Position numbers and translations under genes: made by a program. The notes under the pieces were generated by a model that did not search any database, had not been told where the DNA came from, and was given only the letters and a program-made list of their open reading frames with translations. Source: an uncultured Alphaproteobacteria bacterium (lineage in GTDB: Bacteria; Pseudomonadota; Alphaproteobacteria; RF32; CAG-239). Taken from it: a stretch of DNA of 64,000 bases. The stretch is taken from contig CAKQUG010000006.1 in NCBI GenBank assembly GCA_934277545.1, forward strand, positions 5,473 to 69,472, in the 5' to 3' direction. Positions 10,087 through 20,126 of this stretch are shown here, in pieces; positions within the stretch are counted from its first letter, which is position 1, and each line of letters starts with the position of its first letter.

Positions 10087-11469
10087 CTAATTAAACCAAT
10101 TTATCAAACGATGAACATTGCCGATTTCATAGCAGGATAGCTCATAATTTTTTGCGCCTTTTTCTTTTTTATCTTTGCCGAAAGACGGTGGAATAATGGC
10201 GCTGACAAAGCCTAATTTATGCGCTTCTTTCATACGCAGATTCGGCTGGCTGACGGCTCTGATTTCTCCGGAAAGTCCGATTTCGCCGAACACCACCATA
10301 TCGGCCGGCAGCGGCTTGTTGGTAAGCGAAGAGATAACCGCCATGGCAACCGCCAAATCGGCAGCAGGCTCGGTAATTTTCAAGCCACCTGCTATATTTA
10401 AATACACATCATGCGAACTGAAATTCATACTGCAGCGAGCTTCCAACACTGCCAAAATCATTGACAAGCGGTTAGAATCCCAGCCCACAACCGCACGTTT
10501 AGGCGTTGAGTAGCCGCTCGGGCTGACCAAAGCCTGAATTTCCACCAGCAGCGGACGAGAACCTTCAATTCCGGCAAATACGCACGAACCGGAAACATTA
10601 CCTTGTCTTTCAGCCAAAAACAGAGCCGATGGATTCTCTACTTCAACCAACCCCTTATCCTGCATTTCAAACACGCCGATTTCATCTGTCGCGCCGTAGC
10701 GGTTTTTAACCGCACGCAAAATTCTGAAATGATGTCCGCGCTCGCCTTCAAAATACAACACCGTATCAACCATGTGCTCCAACACGCGCGGTCCGGCAAT
10801 TTCTCCCTGTTTGGTAACATGCCCGACTAGAAACAGCACAAATCCTTTGCGTTTGGCCAGTTTTATCAACTCGTATGCACAGGCTCTAACCTGCCCCACG
10901 CTGCCGGGAGTGGATTCTACTTCGTCTAAATACATTGTTTGAATAGAATCGATAATTACCACAGCCGCGTCTGTTTTTTCCAATGTGGTAATAATGTTGC
11001 GTACATCGGTGGCACTCGCCAAATTAACAGGGCTTTCAGCCAATCCCAAACGGCTTGCACGAATACGCACCTGGTCTATAGCTTCTTCTCCGGAAATATA
11101 ATAGCACGGATAATGTTCCTCTTTATTTGCCAAACCGGCACACACCTGCAGTAGCAATGTAGATTTACCGATTCCCGGGTCGCCGCCCACCAAAATAACC
11201 GACCCCGGCACCAATCCTCCGCCGGTTACCCTGTCAATTTCCTTAATGCCGGTCTGCAAACGCGCGTATGTGCTCTGTTCGCCTTTCAACGGCACAAAAT
11301 CAATGATTTTTCCTTCTTTACGCGGATTTATTTTAGAAAAACCGTCGTTTTTTTGCACTTCTTCGACAATAGTGTTCCACTCGCCGCAAGAATCACATTT
11401 CCCCTGCCAGCGCGGATAAGTCGTGCCGCAATTTTGACAAATAAATAAACTAACGTTTTTCTTCGCCAT
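10087..11469 (-). CDS. radA: DNA repair protein RadA
   Basis: Zinc finger CQNCG..C..CGEWN, Walker A GDPGIGKST, KNRYG motif and a Lon-like C-terminal domain. Confidence 0.95.
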   Translation of the reverse strand: MAKKNVSLFICQNCGTTYPRWQGKCDSCGEWNTIVEEVQKNDGFSKINPRKEGKIIDFVPLKGEQSTYARLQTGIKEIDRVTGGGLVPGSVILVGGDPGIGKSTLLLQVCAGLANKEEHYPCYYISGEEAIDQVRIRASRLGLAESPVNLASATDVRNIITTLEKTDAAVVIIDSIQTMYLDEVESTPGSVGQVRACAYELIKLAKRKGFVLFLVGHVTKQGEIAGPRVLEHMVDTVLYFEGERGHHFRILRAVKNRYGATDEIGVFEMQDKGLVEVENPSALFLAERQGNVSGSCVFAGIEGSRPLLVEIQALVSPSGYSTPKRAVVGWDSNRLSMILAVLEARCSMNFSSHDVYLNIAGGLKITEPAADLAVAMAVISSLTNKPLPADMVVFGEIGLSGEIRAVSQPNLRMKEAHKLGFVSAIIPPSFGKDKKEKGAKNYELSCYEIGNVHRLINWFN

Positions 11470-11472
11470 AAC

Positions 11473-12225
11473 CTATACTTCCACTTTTATCGGGCCTTGC
11501 GAGCTACCGTGAATAAATTGCTGCAAATACGGATTTTCGGACTTGTCCATTTCTTTAACAGTGCCGGACCAAATAATTTTCCCCTGATAAAGCATGGCGA
11601 TTCTGTCGGCAATTTTGCGCGCAGACGCCATATCATGCGTAATAGTCAAGGTTGTCGCACCCAAACCGCGGGCGGATTCGATAATTAAATCGTTAATTAC
11701 ATCGGCCATAATCGGGTCAAGCCCAGTTGTCGGCTCATCAAAAAAGATAATTTCCGGCCGGCTGATAATAGCTCTGGCCAAGCCTACGCGTTTCTGCATA
11801 CCGCCCGAAAGCTCGGCCGGAGACAAATCTGCCACATCAGGCGCCAACCCAACCTGTCGCAGCACCCGTATTGCCGCTACTTTAGCCTGTTTACGCGATT
11901 TTTCGCCTTTCTGCAACAACCTGAAAGCCACGTTTTCCCACACGCTCAAGCTGTCAAACAACGCCGCCCCCTGAAAAAGCATACCCATTTTTTCGTGAAT
12001 GTCTTTTTTGCTGCCGATAGTTTCTTCATCATCAATTTTAATTGAACCACAGTCGGGCGTTAACAATCCCTGTATACATTTAATCAACACCGATTTGCCG
12101 GTTCCCGAACCGCCGATAACCACCAAGGATTCGCCTTTTTTAATATCCAAATCCACACCATCCAGCACCTTCTTTTTGCCAAACGCTTTATATAAGTTGC
12201 GAATTTCTATTTTATTTTCACTCAT
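11473..12225 (-). CDS. mlaF: ABC transporter ATP-binding protein, MlaF-like
   Basis: Walker A GGSGTGKS, LSGGMQKR, FFDEPTTGLDP. Lies immediately downstream of an MlaE-type permease. Confidence 0.8.
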   Translation of the reverse strand: MSENKIEIRNLYKAFGKKKVLDGVDLDIKKGESLVVIGGSGTGKSVLIKCIQGLLTPDCGSIKIDDEETIGSKKDIHEKMGMLFQGAALFDSLSVWENVAFRLLQKGEKSRKQAKVAAIRVLRQVGLAPDVADLSPAELSGGMQKRVGLARAIISRPEIIFFDEPTTGLDPIMADVINDLIIESARGLGATTLTITHDMASARKIADRIAMLYQGKIIWSGTVKEMDKSENPYLQQFIHGSSQGPIKVEV

Positions 12226-12233
12226 AGCTCATC

Positions 12234-13031
12234 CTATTTAGAAAAGAAAATTTCCGTAATCAGATAGTTAAAAATTAAAATCAAGATAGACGACGAAACC
12301 ACGGCATTGGTTGTAGCCTCGCCCACGCCTTGTGCACCGCCTTTAGAGCGATAACCGTGATAGCAGCCCATAACCGAAATAATAAAACCGAACACACCGG
12401 CTTTTACCATACCTGAAATCACATCTATTGCCTGCAAATTCTGCATGGTGGCGTTAATATAGTTTGCAGGGTTAAAATCCAATTTATAAACTCCGACCAC
12501 ATAACCGCCGAAAATACCGATAATATCGCCGAACAACACCAACAACGGCATAACCACCACGCCGGCCCACAATCTCGGCGCCATCAAATAGCGAAACGGA
12601 TTAGCCGACAAGGTAACCAAGGCGTCAATTTGTTCCGTAACCCGCATAGTGCCGATTTCCGCAGCCATAGCCGCACCGATACGCCCGGCAACCATCAGCG
12701 CTGACAAAACAGGAGCCAGTTCACGCGTTACCGAAATCAAAACCACGGTCGCCACTGCGCTCTCCGCTCCAAACTTAGAAAAACCGGAATAAGTCTGTAT
12801 GGCAATTACCATACCGGCAAACAGCGTAGTTAACCCGACAACCGGAAGCGAATAAAAGCCCATGTTTAAGAACTGATTAAAAAACAGCTTAATATAAAAC
12901 GGCGGCACAAAACAATTATAAACCGATTTTGCCACAAAGCGCGTAAAAGCCCCCAATTCCAACACAAAAGAAAGCAAAGGTTTGCCCAGCAGCTGTAAAA
13001 ACGTTTCCATGTTTTTTTTTAGCATCTTCAA
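12234..13031 (-). CDS. mlaE: MlaE family ABC transporter permease
   Basis: About 265-aa polytopic protein with the MlaE-like RELAPVLSALMVAGRIGAAMAAEIGTMRVTEQIDAL motif. Confidence 0.8.
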   Translation of the reverse strand: MKMLKKNMETFLQLLGKPLLSFVLELGAFTRFVAKSVYNCFVPPFYIKLFFNQFLNMGFYSLPVVGLTTLFAGMVIAIQTYSGFSKFGAESAVATVVLISVTRELAPVLSALMVAGRIGAAMAAEIGTMRVTEQIDALVTLSANPFRYLMAPRLWAGVVVMPLLVLFGDIIGIFGGYVVGVYKLDFNPANYINATMQNLQAIDVISGMVKAGVFGFIISVMGCYHGYRSKGGAQGVGEATTNAVVSSSILILIFNYLITEIFFSK

Positions 13032-13036
13032 TTTTC

Positions 13037-13477
13037 CTATTCCGTTGTCAAAAGATTATTGCGCAGCTTGACTATAATCTTTTCCAAAATTGTTTGGTCT
13101 TCAGCATACAAATCTATTGCCGGAATTTCAACACCTAAAATATTTTCACACTTATTTTTTGGCAGACGTTCCAAATTTTCTTTATTCGGCAGCAGATTAA
13201 CCAACAGACTGACCTCGGCTTCATTAACAAATTCATAGCGGGAAATTCCGACATTTCGTATTTCCAGCAAACCTTTTATATTTTGCGGAGCCGCGCCTGT
13301 CAGCCGATTTTCACACACTTTTAAGGCGACAACGTCATCAGCCACCAACACCGCGCCTTTATTTTCTATAAATTTCAGCGCCAGCTCGGATTTTCCGCTT
13401 CCCGACTTTCCTTTAAATAAAATTCCTTTGTTGCGCCACTGCACAAAAGAAGCATGTATTGTGCATAAGTCAGACAT
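13037..13477 (-). CDS. hprK: short HPr kinase/phosphorylase-like protein (C-terminal domain only)
   Basis: P-loop GKSGSGKSELAL, LVADDVVAL and GLLEIRNVGI. The 146-aa form is typical of alphaproteobacteria. Confidence 0.7.
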   Translation of the reverse strand: MSDLCTIHASFVQWRNKGILFKGKSGSGKSELALKFIENKGAVLVADDVVALKVCENRLTGAAPQNIKGLLEIRNVGISRYEFVNEAEVSLLVNLLPNKENLERLPKNKCENILGVEIPAIDLYAEDQTILEKIIVKLRNNLLTTE

Positions 13478-13928
13478 TTAACAACCGTTTCTGTTTGTTT
13501 TCATCAGTGGTGGAAACGGTTATTCTGCGTCCGTCCTCCGTCATTTCTATTTGCACATTCCACATATTACGCGGAGAAAATGCCCCCATTCTTTCCGGCC
13601 ATTCCACCAGACTTACGCCGGAATAAAAAGCCTCTTCCACACCAAGCTCAAAAATTTCCACTGGCTTTTCCAAACGATACAAATCATAGTGATAAATATC
13701 AAACGCCGGAGCGCTGTAAGTTTGCAATAATGTAAAAGTCGGACTCGGAACTTCTCCGGCGCCGGTAAGTTTTTTTATAAACGCGCGGGCAAACACACTT
13801 TTACCGGCTCCCAAAGTGCCGTTTAAAGCCCAAACATCGCCTTGCGTGCTGATTGCCGCCAACTTTTCCGCCACTGCGCCGGTGTCATCTTCACTGTGAG
13901 AAATAAAAACTTTTTCCATTAAAACCAC
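13470..13928 (-). CDS. tsaE: tRNA t6A37 biosynthesis protein TsaE
   Basis: GTLGAGKSVFARAFI...VPSPTFTLLQTY...YHYDLYRL. Confidence 0.85.
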   Translation of the reverse strand: MVLMEKVFISHSEDDTGAVAEKLAAISTQGDVWALNGTLGAGKSVFARAFIKKLTGAGEVPSPTFTLLQTYSAPAFDIYHYDLYRLEKPVEIFELGVEEAFYSGVSLVEWPERMGAFSPRNMWNVQIEMTEDGRRITVSTTDENKQKRLLNV

Positions 13929-14959
13929 CCGTCAAAATTAAACCAATCCGAACTTTTTTCTTGGGCTTTTGCCACGGCTTCCGCTTGTTTTGCCTGTAAC
14001 CGACGCCAATCACTCGGACGATAGAAACGTCCGTTCCACAAGCCCTTAGACTGTGAACGCGCCTGCTTTTCATACGGTACATAAACATCGGTGTTTTTAG
14101 CATAAGCCACCGCCCAACCGGCGCTTACAACCGCCGCCGCTACGTCATATTGCCCCAAAAAACAAACACCGGTCGCCCGATGTTGCAAAACATTTCCCAA
14201 AACATGACACTTAACTTCACGGCCGTTCAGCCAATTTTGCAGCCAGGTAATAGCCTTATGTCCGCAAGAATATGACAGTCCACGTGAATCCGAACAGGTT
14301 TGATTAGGATTCGGAGCGTCAACACCCAACAATTTAATATTTATACCTTTCACTCTCAGTACACTGCCAGTAATAACTCTCGGTACGCCCGTAACTTCGG
14401 GATAATCCTGCGGATTAAAATTGCTTATCTGCGCCGGTGCGGCGTCTGTTTTTCCGAACATACCGCTAATTTTAGAAAAAAAACCTCCGTTTTCCTCAAC
14501 TTCGCTTGCTGCATTATTATCAGTTGCCACTCCGTTCATTCCGACAGGTTCCAATTCGGCAAGTTTTTGCTCATTTGCGTTATTATCCGGCGCATATTCC
14601 GCCGACGCCTCGTTTTCGCTCAAAACCTGCTGCACGATTTTACCGCCGGCGCTATCCGCTCCGATAATTCCCAAACAATATAAAATAAACACCACCACGG
14701 CGCCGATAATGGCAAAAGAAAAGAAAAAGCTGACCGTCGACCACATAATTTTGAACAAAATATACAAAACCACAAACGCAATCACCACGCTGACAAATCC
14801 CATACCCTGCAGCGAAGTGCTGTCGCTTTGCGTCCCGGCGCCGCCGTAATACATTAAAACGGCAAACAACATGCACAAAAACACTTTTTTAACAAAAAAC
14901 ATCGGTAAAATCCTTATAATTATTGGTAATATTAGAACACAGTTTTTATGCTTATGCAA
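13919..14959 (-). CDS. membrane-anchored thermonuclease (SNase-like) family protein
   Basis: Several N-terminal TM helices. The C-terminal part (RVKGINIKLLGVDAPNPNQTC...AVVSAGWAVAY...KQARSQSKGLWNG) resembles the staphylococcal-nuclease fold. The true start may be the Met at 14902. Confidence 0.6.
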   Translation of the reverse strand: MHKHKNCVLILPIIIRILPMFFVKKVFLCMLFAVLMYYGGAGTQSDSTSLQGMGFVSVVIAFVVLYILFKIMWSTVSFFFSFAIIGAVVVFILYCLGIIGADSAGGKIVQQVLSENEASAEYAPDNNANEQKLAELEPVGMNGVATDNNAASEVEENGGFFSKISGMFGKTDAAPAQISNFNPQDYPEVTGVPRVITGSVLRVKGINIKLLGVDAPNPNQTCSDSRGLSYSCGHKAITWLQNWLNGREVKCHVLGNVLQHRATGVCFLGQYDVAAAVVSAGWAVAYAKNTDVYVPYEKQARSQSKGLWNGRFYRPSDWRRLQAKQAEAVAKAQEKSSDWFNFDGWF

Positions 14960-14960
14960 G

Positions 14961-16724
14961 CTATTTATAAAGTTTCGGCAGCGGCTCGGCTTCCGTTTTT
15001 TGCTTTTGCGAGCTTTCCGCTTGCTTTATTGTCCGTAAAATTACTTTTTCATCAACATTTTCATCTTTTCCGCCATATAAAATATTATTGAGTTTTTGCA
15101 GCTGTTTTCCGAATTCCGGTTCCGCCGCCGCTTTTGCCACATCGTCCAAGTTATTGATATTTTGCGATTTATAATTTTTCTGTCCCCACAGCACTAAATT
15201 ATCCCTCAGCAAACGATAATTTTTATCGGCAAAATTTTTATGTAAAATCGAACTCATATCGCTGATTTTAACTTCTTTTTCGCAAGCCTTTTCCGGGCGA
15301 CGGCGCAAAAGCAGACTGAACAGCATGCCCAAGATAAAAGCACAGGCGGCTAAAGCAATCGCTTTTTCTTTAGCAAAACCGCCTTTATCCGCAGTTCGGT
15401 TTTCAGTTTCCGACACTGCGGTTTGATTTACATTTTCCGCCTGTTTGCCGATATTTATATTTTGTTCGGTTTGCGTTTCGGTTACCGCCGTTCCGCCTTC
15501 CACAAAAACTTTTTCCGCCGGAATAACAGCCGTTTCCGCTTTTCCGGTTTTAACATTAAACCAATTTATTTTAATTTCCGGTAAAATCTGCTCGCCGCCC
15601 TTTTGCGGAATATACACCACTCTGGTTACGGATTGAGCCACCACTTTATCATCATAAACTTTAGCTTCCAATTCGGGATTTTCCGGATAAATTCTAAAGT
15701 TTTCGTCATCCGTAAAGTTCAGTTCCGGCAACTGAGTTTCGGCAACTCCGGCAGCCAAAACGGCAATTTGCCGCGACACGGTTTCGCCCACCTTAAACAA
15801 CGGCTTTTTCTCATTCCAAAAGGCTTTGACTTTTACCGCTTCCGCCGGCAGCCACCAGCCGTTTTCCGCCGCCGGCAGCACATTTACTTTTACCGGCTTT
15901 GTATATAATTCCACCGGTTTTTGCGTGCCGAACATTTCATCAAAATTTACATTCATCAACTGAAACAGACTGTTAGCGCCCCGGTGCAACAACGGATGAT
16001 TCTTTGCTTTATCAAACCCCATATAAAAGCCGTTAACCTTTAGCAACGGAATTTCCTGCTCTCCGCTTTTCTGCGGAAACAGCGCGTAATAAAACTTTAT
16101 AACCCGCTCGCCGTTTTGCTGAGTTATTTCCGGCTTTTTCAAAATTCTTACAATCCAATCTTCCGCATTAACAAACTTAGGCTCTTCAGTTAATTGCAAT
16201 CCGACTTTATCCTTAAGCGTCAGCACGGCGTTGATTTCCTGCTGAACATACGCTTTTTGAGAACTTACCGCCAAATCAACACTAAATTTATTAGCTTCAG
16301 CCAATCGGTTATCACTTTGAATATTATCATTTTTCTTTGCCGAAGCGCTGACATTGCTGCCGGCAGGCAACACTTTAATTTTCAGCGGCTTACTGCTGTA
16401 GGCTCCTATGCTGATTGCAGGAATTTCCAAATTTCCCTCGCGTTTCGGCATTAACCCAATATCCCAATCCGTCTGCTCTGAGCTATGCCCGTTAATATAG
16501 CTCATCTGCGACGAACTTGAGGTTGAATAAATATTAAAATCTTTTTGCAAAACGCTTAAATCAGGCTGCATTGAACCGCCGTTTTTACCGTCAAACGACA
16601 AGTTAAGGTTAAAGACTTCTCCCAAAGGCACAGTAGCATTATCCACCGCCGCCGTCAAGGATTCGGCATTGACCGTTGCAACTTTCATAAGCGCCAAAGC
16701 GCAAACCAGCACCAATTTTTTCAT
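14961..16724 (-). CDS. batD: BatD-like (oxygen tolerance) protein
   Basis: Signal peptide, large extracytoplasmic region and a C-terminal TM. Occupies the last position of a batA-batB/C operon. Confidence 0.6.
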   Translation of the reverse strand: MKKLVLVCALALMKVATVNAESLTAAVDNATVPLGEVFNLNLSFDGKNGGSMQPDLSVLQKDFNIYSTSSSSQMSYINGHSSEQTDWDIGLMPKREGNLEIPAISIGAYSSKPLKIKVLPAGSNVSASAKKNDNIQSDNRLAEANKFSVDLAVSSQKAYVQQEINAVLTLKDKVGLQLTEEPKFVNAEDWIVRILKKPEITQQNGERVIKFYYALFPQKSGEQEIPLLKVNGFYMGFDKAKNHPLLHRGANSLFQLMNVNFDEMFGTQKPVELYTKPVKVNVLPAAENGWWLPAEAVKVKAFWNEKKPLFKVGETVSRQIAVLAAGVAETQLPELNFTDDENFRIYPENPELEAKVYDDKVVAQSVTRVVYIPQKGGEQILPEIKINWFNVKTGKAETAVIPAEKVFVEGGTAVTETQTEQNINIGKQAENVNQTAVSETENRTADKGGFAKEKAIALAACAFILGMLFSLLLRRRPEKACEKEVKISDMSSILHKNFADKNYRLLRDNLVLWGQKNYKSQNINNLDDVAKAAAEPEFGKQLQKLNNILYGGKDENVDEKVILRTIKQAESSQKQKTEAEPLPKLYK

Positions 16725-16736
16725 ATTAACCTCGCT

Positions 16737-18581
16737 TTATTTATCATATCTTCTTTTTGCATATTCTCTTTGAATCAAAGCCCGGAGCAAACCGCCTTTG
16801 TCTTCTGGAATTTGCCGAAACTTCTGCATTCTGGCACGCATTTTTTCCAGTTCTTCCGGCGATTTTTCATCATTTACGCCAACAGTTTCCTGCTGTTCGT
16901 TGCCTTCTTTATTTTCCGCAGTCTGCTGCTGAATTTCAGCCTTATTTTCCCTATCCGACTTATTATCAGACAACTTGCTGTTTTCAGATTGCCGAGATTC
17001 ATTGTTATTTTGTTTTTTCTCGGCCTGCTGTGCCTTATTCTCGTTTTCATCTGTCTGTTGTTTATCTGCCTGCTGCTGTTCGGAGCTGTCGGATTTTGAC
17101 TGCTGAGGCTTTTGCTTTTCCTGCTGCCCCGATTGATTCTGCTGTTTCTGCTGATTTTCACTTTCTTTTTGCTCTTGCTGTGGATTTTGTTTCTGCTTTT
17201 CATCAGCTTGCTGCTGCTCGGAATTATTCTGAGCCTGCTGTTTCTGCTGCTGTTGTTCCTTTTTATCCTGCTTATTTTTATCTTGCTGCTGATGCTGTTG
17301 ATTTTGCTGCTGCTGTTGTTTTTTCAAATATTCCAAATTAAACTTTGCATCAGGAAAATCAGATTGTTTTTGCAAAGCCTCCTCATATTTCTTTATCGCC
17401 TCGGCAATTTTTCCGCCTTTTGCCAATGCGTTTCCTTGATTATACAATGAAACGGCGTCATTTTTTTGCGCATATTTTTCATACGCCTTCTGATAATTTC
17501 CGTTTTTATATTCTGCCGCGGCTTTCCATTGCGTATCCGTAAATTTTTCGGCCGCCGCCGCATAATTTTGTTTATTAAATTCTTGCAGCGCCTCCTGGTT
17601 GTCATTCAAAAACCAACCGGCCTGAGCATTCACTCCTGTTAACAGACTCAACAACAGCGCCGCCAACGCGCCTTTGCGAAAAAATCCCAGTAAAAGCAAG
17701 GCCGGAAGCCACAGCAAATACCAGCCCATATCTTCCCAAACTGTCTGCATATTTTTGCTCTGTTTAATTTCTTTAGAGGTTATGTCGTTAATTTTTTTAA
17801 CCAGCGGCGCATAGCTCTGATTATAATTAAGCAGCATTCCCCGTCCTTTTTCGGCAACCATTTCCAGCTTCTCCACCGCCTTGGAGCTGACATTGATTAT
17901 ATTTACATCAAATCCCTGCTCCGCCGCCTTAGCCGCCGCCGTCAGCGCCGCGTCAAAACGTTCTCCCACGTTTGAAGTAACTACAATCAGATTGCCGCTT
18001 GGCACATCGGCTTCCCGCATACGCGAAACCGCGAAATCAATAGCTCTGTCCAAGCGATCGCCGTCTTCCGGCATCACATTCATTTGCAGCGCCGGCAGCA
18101 TATTATCAATAATAGAAACATCTTCCGCCAGCGGAGTAATCATAAACGGCTCTTTGCTATACACAATCAGTCCGCTTTCAGTATTCCGCAAAGATTTGGT
18201 TAAATCTTTAATCACATATTTGGCACGCTCAATCCGGCTCGGAGAAACATCTTTATTCCACATCTCGCCTGACATATTCAACAAAATCATCACCGGATTT
18301 TCCACGCTCAGCGCCGGGTTTTCTTTTTTTATCCAGGTCGGTCCGGACAATCCCAGCACCAAAAACAAAGAAATCAGCGCCGGCACCAAAGAACTGAGTT
18401 TTGTTTTTTTCAGCTTTTCATTTTTCACCAGCAAAAATTTCAGTAAATTTTCATCACATACTTTGCGCCATGCCGATTGAGCTACGGCCTGCCGATAGGC
18501 AATAACGTAAACCGCCAGCGGAATAATCAGCCCGATAAGCCACCACGGACGTAAAAAGTGAAAATCCTGCCACCAAGCCAT
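16737..18581 (-). CDS. VWA domain plus TPR protein (BatB-BatC-like fusion) with a long Q-rich tail
   Basis: N-terminal TM followed by a VWA-like region, then TPR-like repeats (YKNGNYQKAYEKY, YNQGNALAKGGKIAEAIKKYEEAL), then about 190 aa of Q/K/E/N low complexity. Confidence 0.65.
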   Translation of the reverse strand: MAWWQDFHFLRPWWLIGLIIPLAVYVIAYRQAVAQSAWRKVCDENLLKFLLVKNEKLKKTKLSSLVPALISLFLVLGLSGPTWIKKENPALSVENPVMILLNMSGEMWNKDVSPSRIERAKYVIKDLTKSLRNTESGLIVYSKEPFMITPLAEDVSIIDNMLPALQMNVMPEDGDRLDRAIDFAVSRMREADVPSGNLIVVTSNVGERFDAALTAAAKAAEQGFDVNIINVSSKAVEKLEMVAEKGRGMLLNYNQSYAPLVKKINDITSKEIKQSKNMQTVWEDMGWYLLWLPALLLLGFFRKGALAALLLSLLTGVNAQAGWFLNDNQEALQEFNKQNYAAAAEKFTDTQWKAAAEYKNGNYQKAYEKYAQKNDAVSLYNQGNALAKGGKIAEAIKKYEEALQKQSDFPDAKFNLEYLKKQQQQQNQQHQQQDKNKQDKKEQQQQKQQAQNNSEQQQADEKQKQNPQQEQKESENQQKQQNQSGQQEKQKPQQSKSDSSEQQQADKQQTDENENKAQQAEKKQNNNESRQSENSKLSDNKSDRENKAEIQQQTAENKEGNEQQETVGVNDEKSPEELEKMRARMQKFRQIPEDKGGLLRALIQREYAKRRYDK

Positions 18582-19616
18582 TTATTTAACCTTTCTTGAA
18601 ACAACCAACCACAACACAAACAAAAACAGCGCCGCTGCCGCCGGATAAGGATATAATTCTCTTATTTCCTGCACATAGCGACCATCAGCAGTTCTTGGTT
18701 CCAACTTATCAATTTTATCATAAATCTGCGCCAGTGAATTTACATCTCTGGCTCTGAAATAATTACCTTGGGTTTCTTTTGCCAACGCTTTCAAACTTTT
18801 TTCATCCAGCCCCTTATCCCTCGGAATACTGAACAGCCCGCCGAAAAACACTTCTGTGTCGCTGCCGGCGCCAATGGTGTAAATTTTAACTCCTTCTTCT
18901 TTTGCCAAAGCTATTGCCTGCGGCAATGACAAACTTCCGTCATTATTTTCACCGTCGGTCAGCAAAATAATCACTTTATTTTCCGGCTTTCCGGCAGATT
19001 CGGCCAAACTTTTCAGCGCCACTCCCACGGCATCACCTATAGAAGTGGAATTTCCGGCCATTCCGGCATCGGCAGTTTGCAGCATTTCTTTAACCGATTG
19101 CCTGTCATAGGTTAACGGCGCTTGCAAATAAGCTCTGGTACCGAACAAAACCAAGCCGATTCTATCCGCCGTACGCTTATCAATAAAACTTGACACCACG
19201 CTTTTAACCGCGGCTAAACGGCTGTACATTTTCTGTTGATATTCAAAATCTTCTTCGCTCATGGAATTAGAAATATCCACCACCAGCAAAATATCACGTC
19301 CCTCGTTTTTTACCGGTATCGGTTTGCCGGCCCATTGCGGACGACACAAGGCAAAAACCAGCAGGCACCACGCTGCAATCAATATAATTCCGCGGATTCC
19401 TGCGGCAATTTTCGGACTTAGCAGCGCACTGTTTCCGCTTTGAGTTTGAATGTGCTTTATATCCGCCAAAAACGGAATTTTCAAAGCCTCGCTATATGTT
19501 TTTTTCAGTGCCGGCAACAGAAAATACACCGCAAACGGCAGCAACAGCAGCCAAGCCGCCTCCGGACAGGCAAAATGATTTATCATCATAGATTCGCTCC
19601 TATCCAACCCAAGCAA
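18582..19616 (-). CDS. batA: VWA domain-containing protein, BatA-like
   Basis: Two N-terminal TM helices, MIDAS-like DILLVVDISNSM, LLTDGENN, and a C-terminal TM. Confidence 0.75.
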   Translation of the reverse strand: MLGLDRSESMMINHFACPEAAWLLLLPFAVYFLLPALKKTYSEALKIPFLADIKHIQTQSGNSALLSPKIAAGIRGIILIAAWCLLVFALCRPQWAGKPIPVKNEGRDILLVVDISNSMSEEDFEYQQKMYSRLAAVKSVVSSFIDKRTADRIGLVLFGTRAYLQAPLTYDRQSVKEMLQTADAGMAGNSTSIGDAVGVALKSLAESAGKPENKVIILLTDGENNDGSLSLPQAIALAKEEGVKIYTIGAGSDTEVFFGGLFSIPRDKGLDEKSLKALAKETQGNYFRARDVNSLAQIYDKIDKLEPRTADGRYVQEIRELYPYPAAAALFLFVLWLVVSRKVK

Positions 19617-20044
19617 AACTTCCGCAGTTCTGCCACATTATCCGCAGCAAACAAAGCGCTGTCCGTCGGAGCATACGGAGCGTCAATCAGCAAACTCGCC
19701 GTTTCTGAACTCAATTTATTTTTAGAATGTTCATTTAAAAAATTAACCCAATTACGTCCGGCATAAGCAACGGCTTCCGGATAGCGGCTGACACAGATTC
19801 GCCGCAGCAGTTCCGACATAAAAACCGCTGCTGCCGCCGTGTTTTCCGCTCCGTTTTTCTGCAACAGATAACGAGCATAAATTTTTTTGCTGTTTTCTCT
19901 GAACCAAGTAATTATTTTCCATAAAGCGAAAATCAGCAAAACCGCCGCTACGAGGCTCCACCAGCCATAAGCCAACGGCCAAACGGAAACACCGTTTTCC
20001 GGCAGATGAATGTCTTTTAAATCGGGTAAATTATCCATATTCAA
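19586..20044 (-). CDS. DUF4381-like small membrane protein (first gene of the Bat operon)
   Basis: LPDLKDIHLPE..VS.WPLAYGWW followed by a TM. A TTGATA-17-TAAATT promoter-like sequence lies just upstream on the minus strand. Confidence 0.5.
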   Translation of the reverse strand: MNMDNLPDLKDIHLPENGVSVWPLAYGWWSLVAAVLLIFALWKIITWFRENSKKIYARYLLQKNGAENTAAAAVFMSELLRRICVSRYPEAVAYAGRNWVNFLNEHSKNKLSSETASLLIDAPYAPTDSALFAADNVAELRKFCLGWIGANL

Positions 20045-20126
20045 ACCTCTCCTATATGCTATATAAATTTAAGTTTTATCGTTGCAAATATCAAGTGTCG
20101 GATAAAGTTTTGCCGTTGTTTTGTTT

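Noticed and set aside
16757-17605. Cluster of overlapping ORFs on both strands, and repetitive CTG/CAG-rich DNA that might be a repeat array
   Set aside because: These are artefacts of the low-complexity Q/K/E-rich coding region of the BatB-BatC-like gene. There is no regular repeat-spacer structure, so this is not a CRISPR array.
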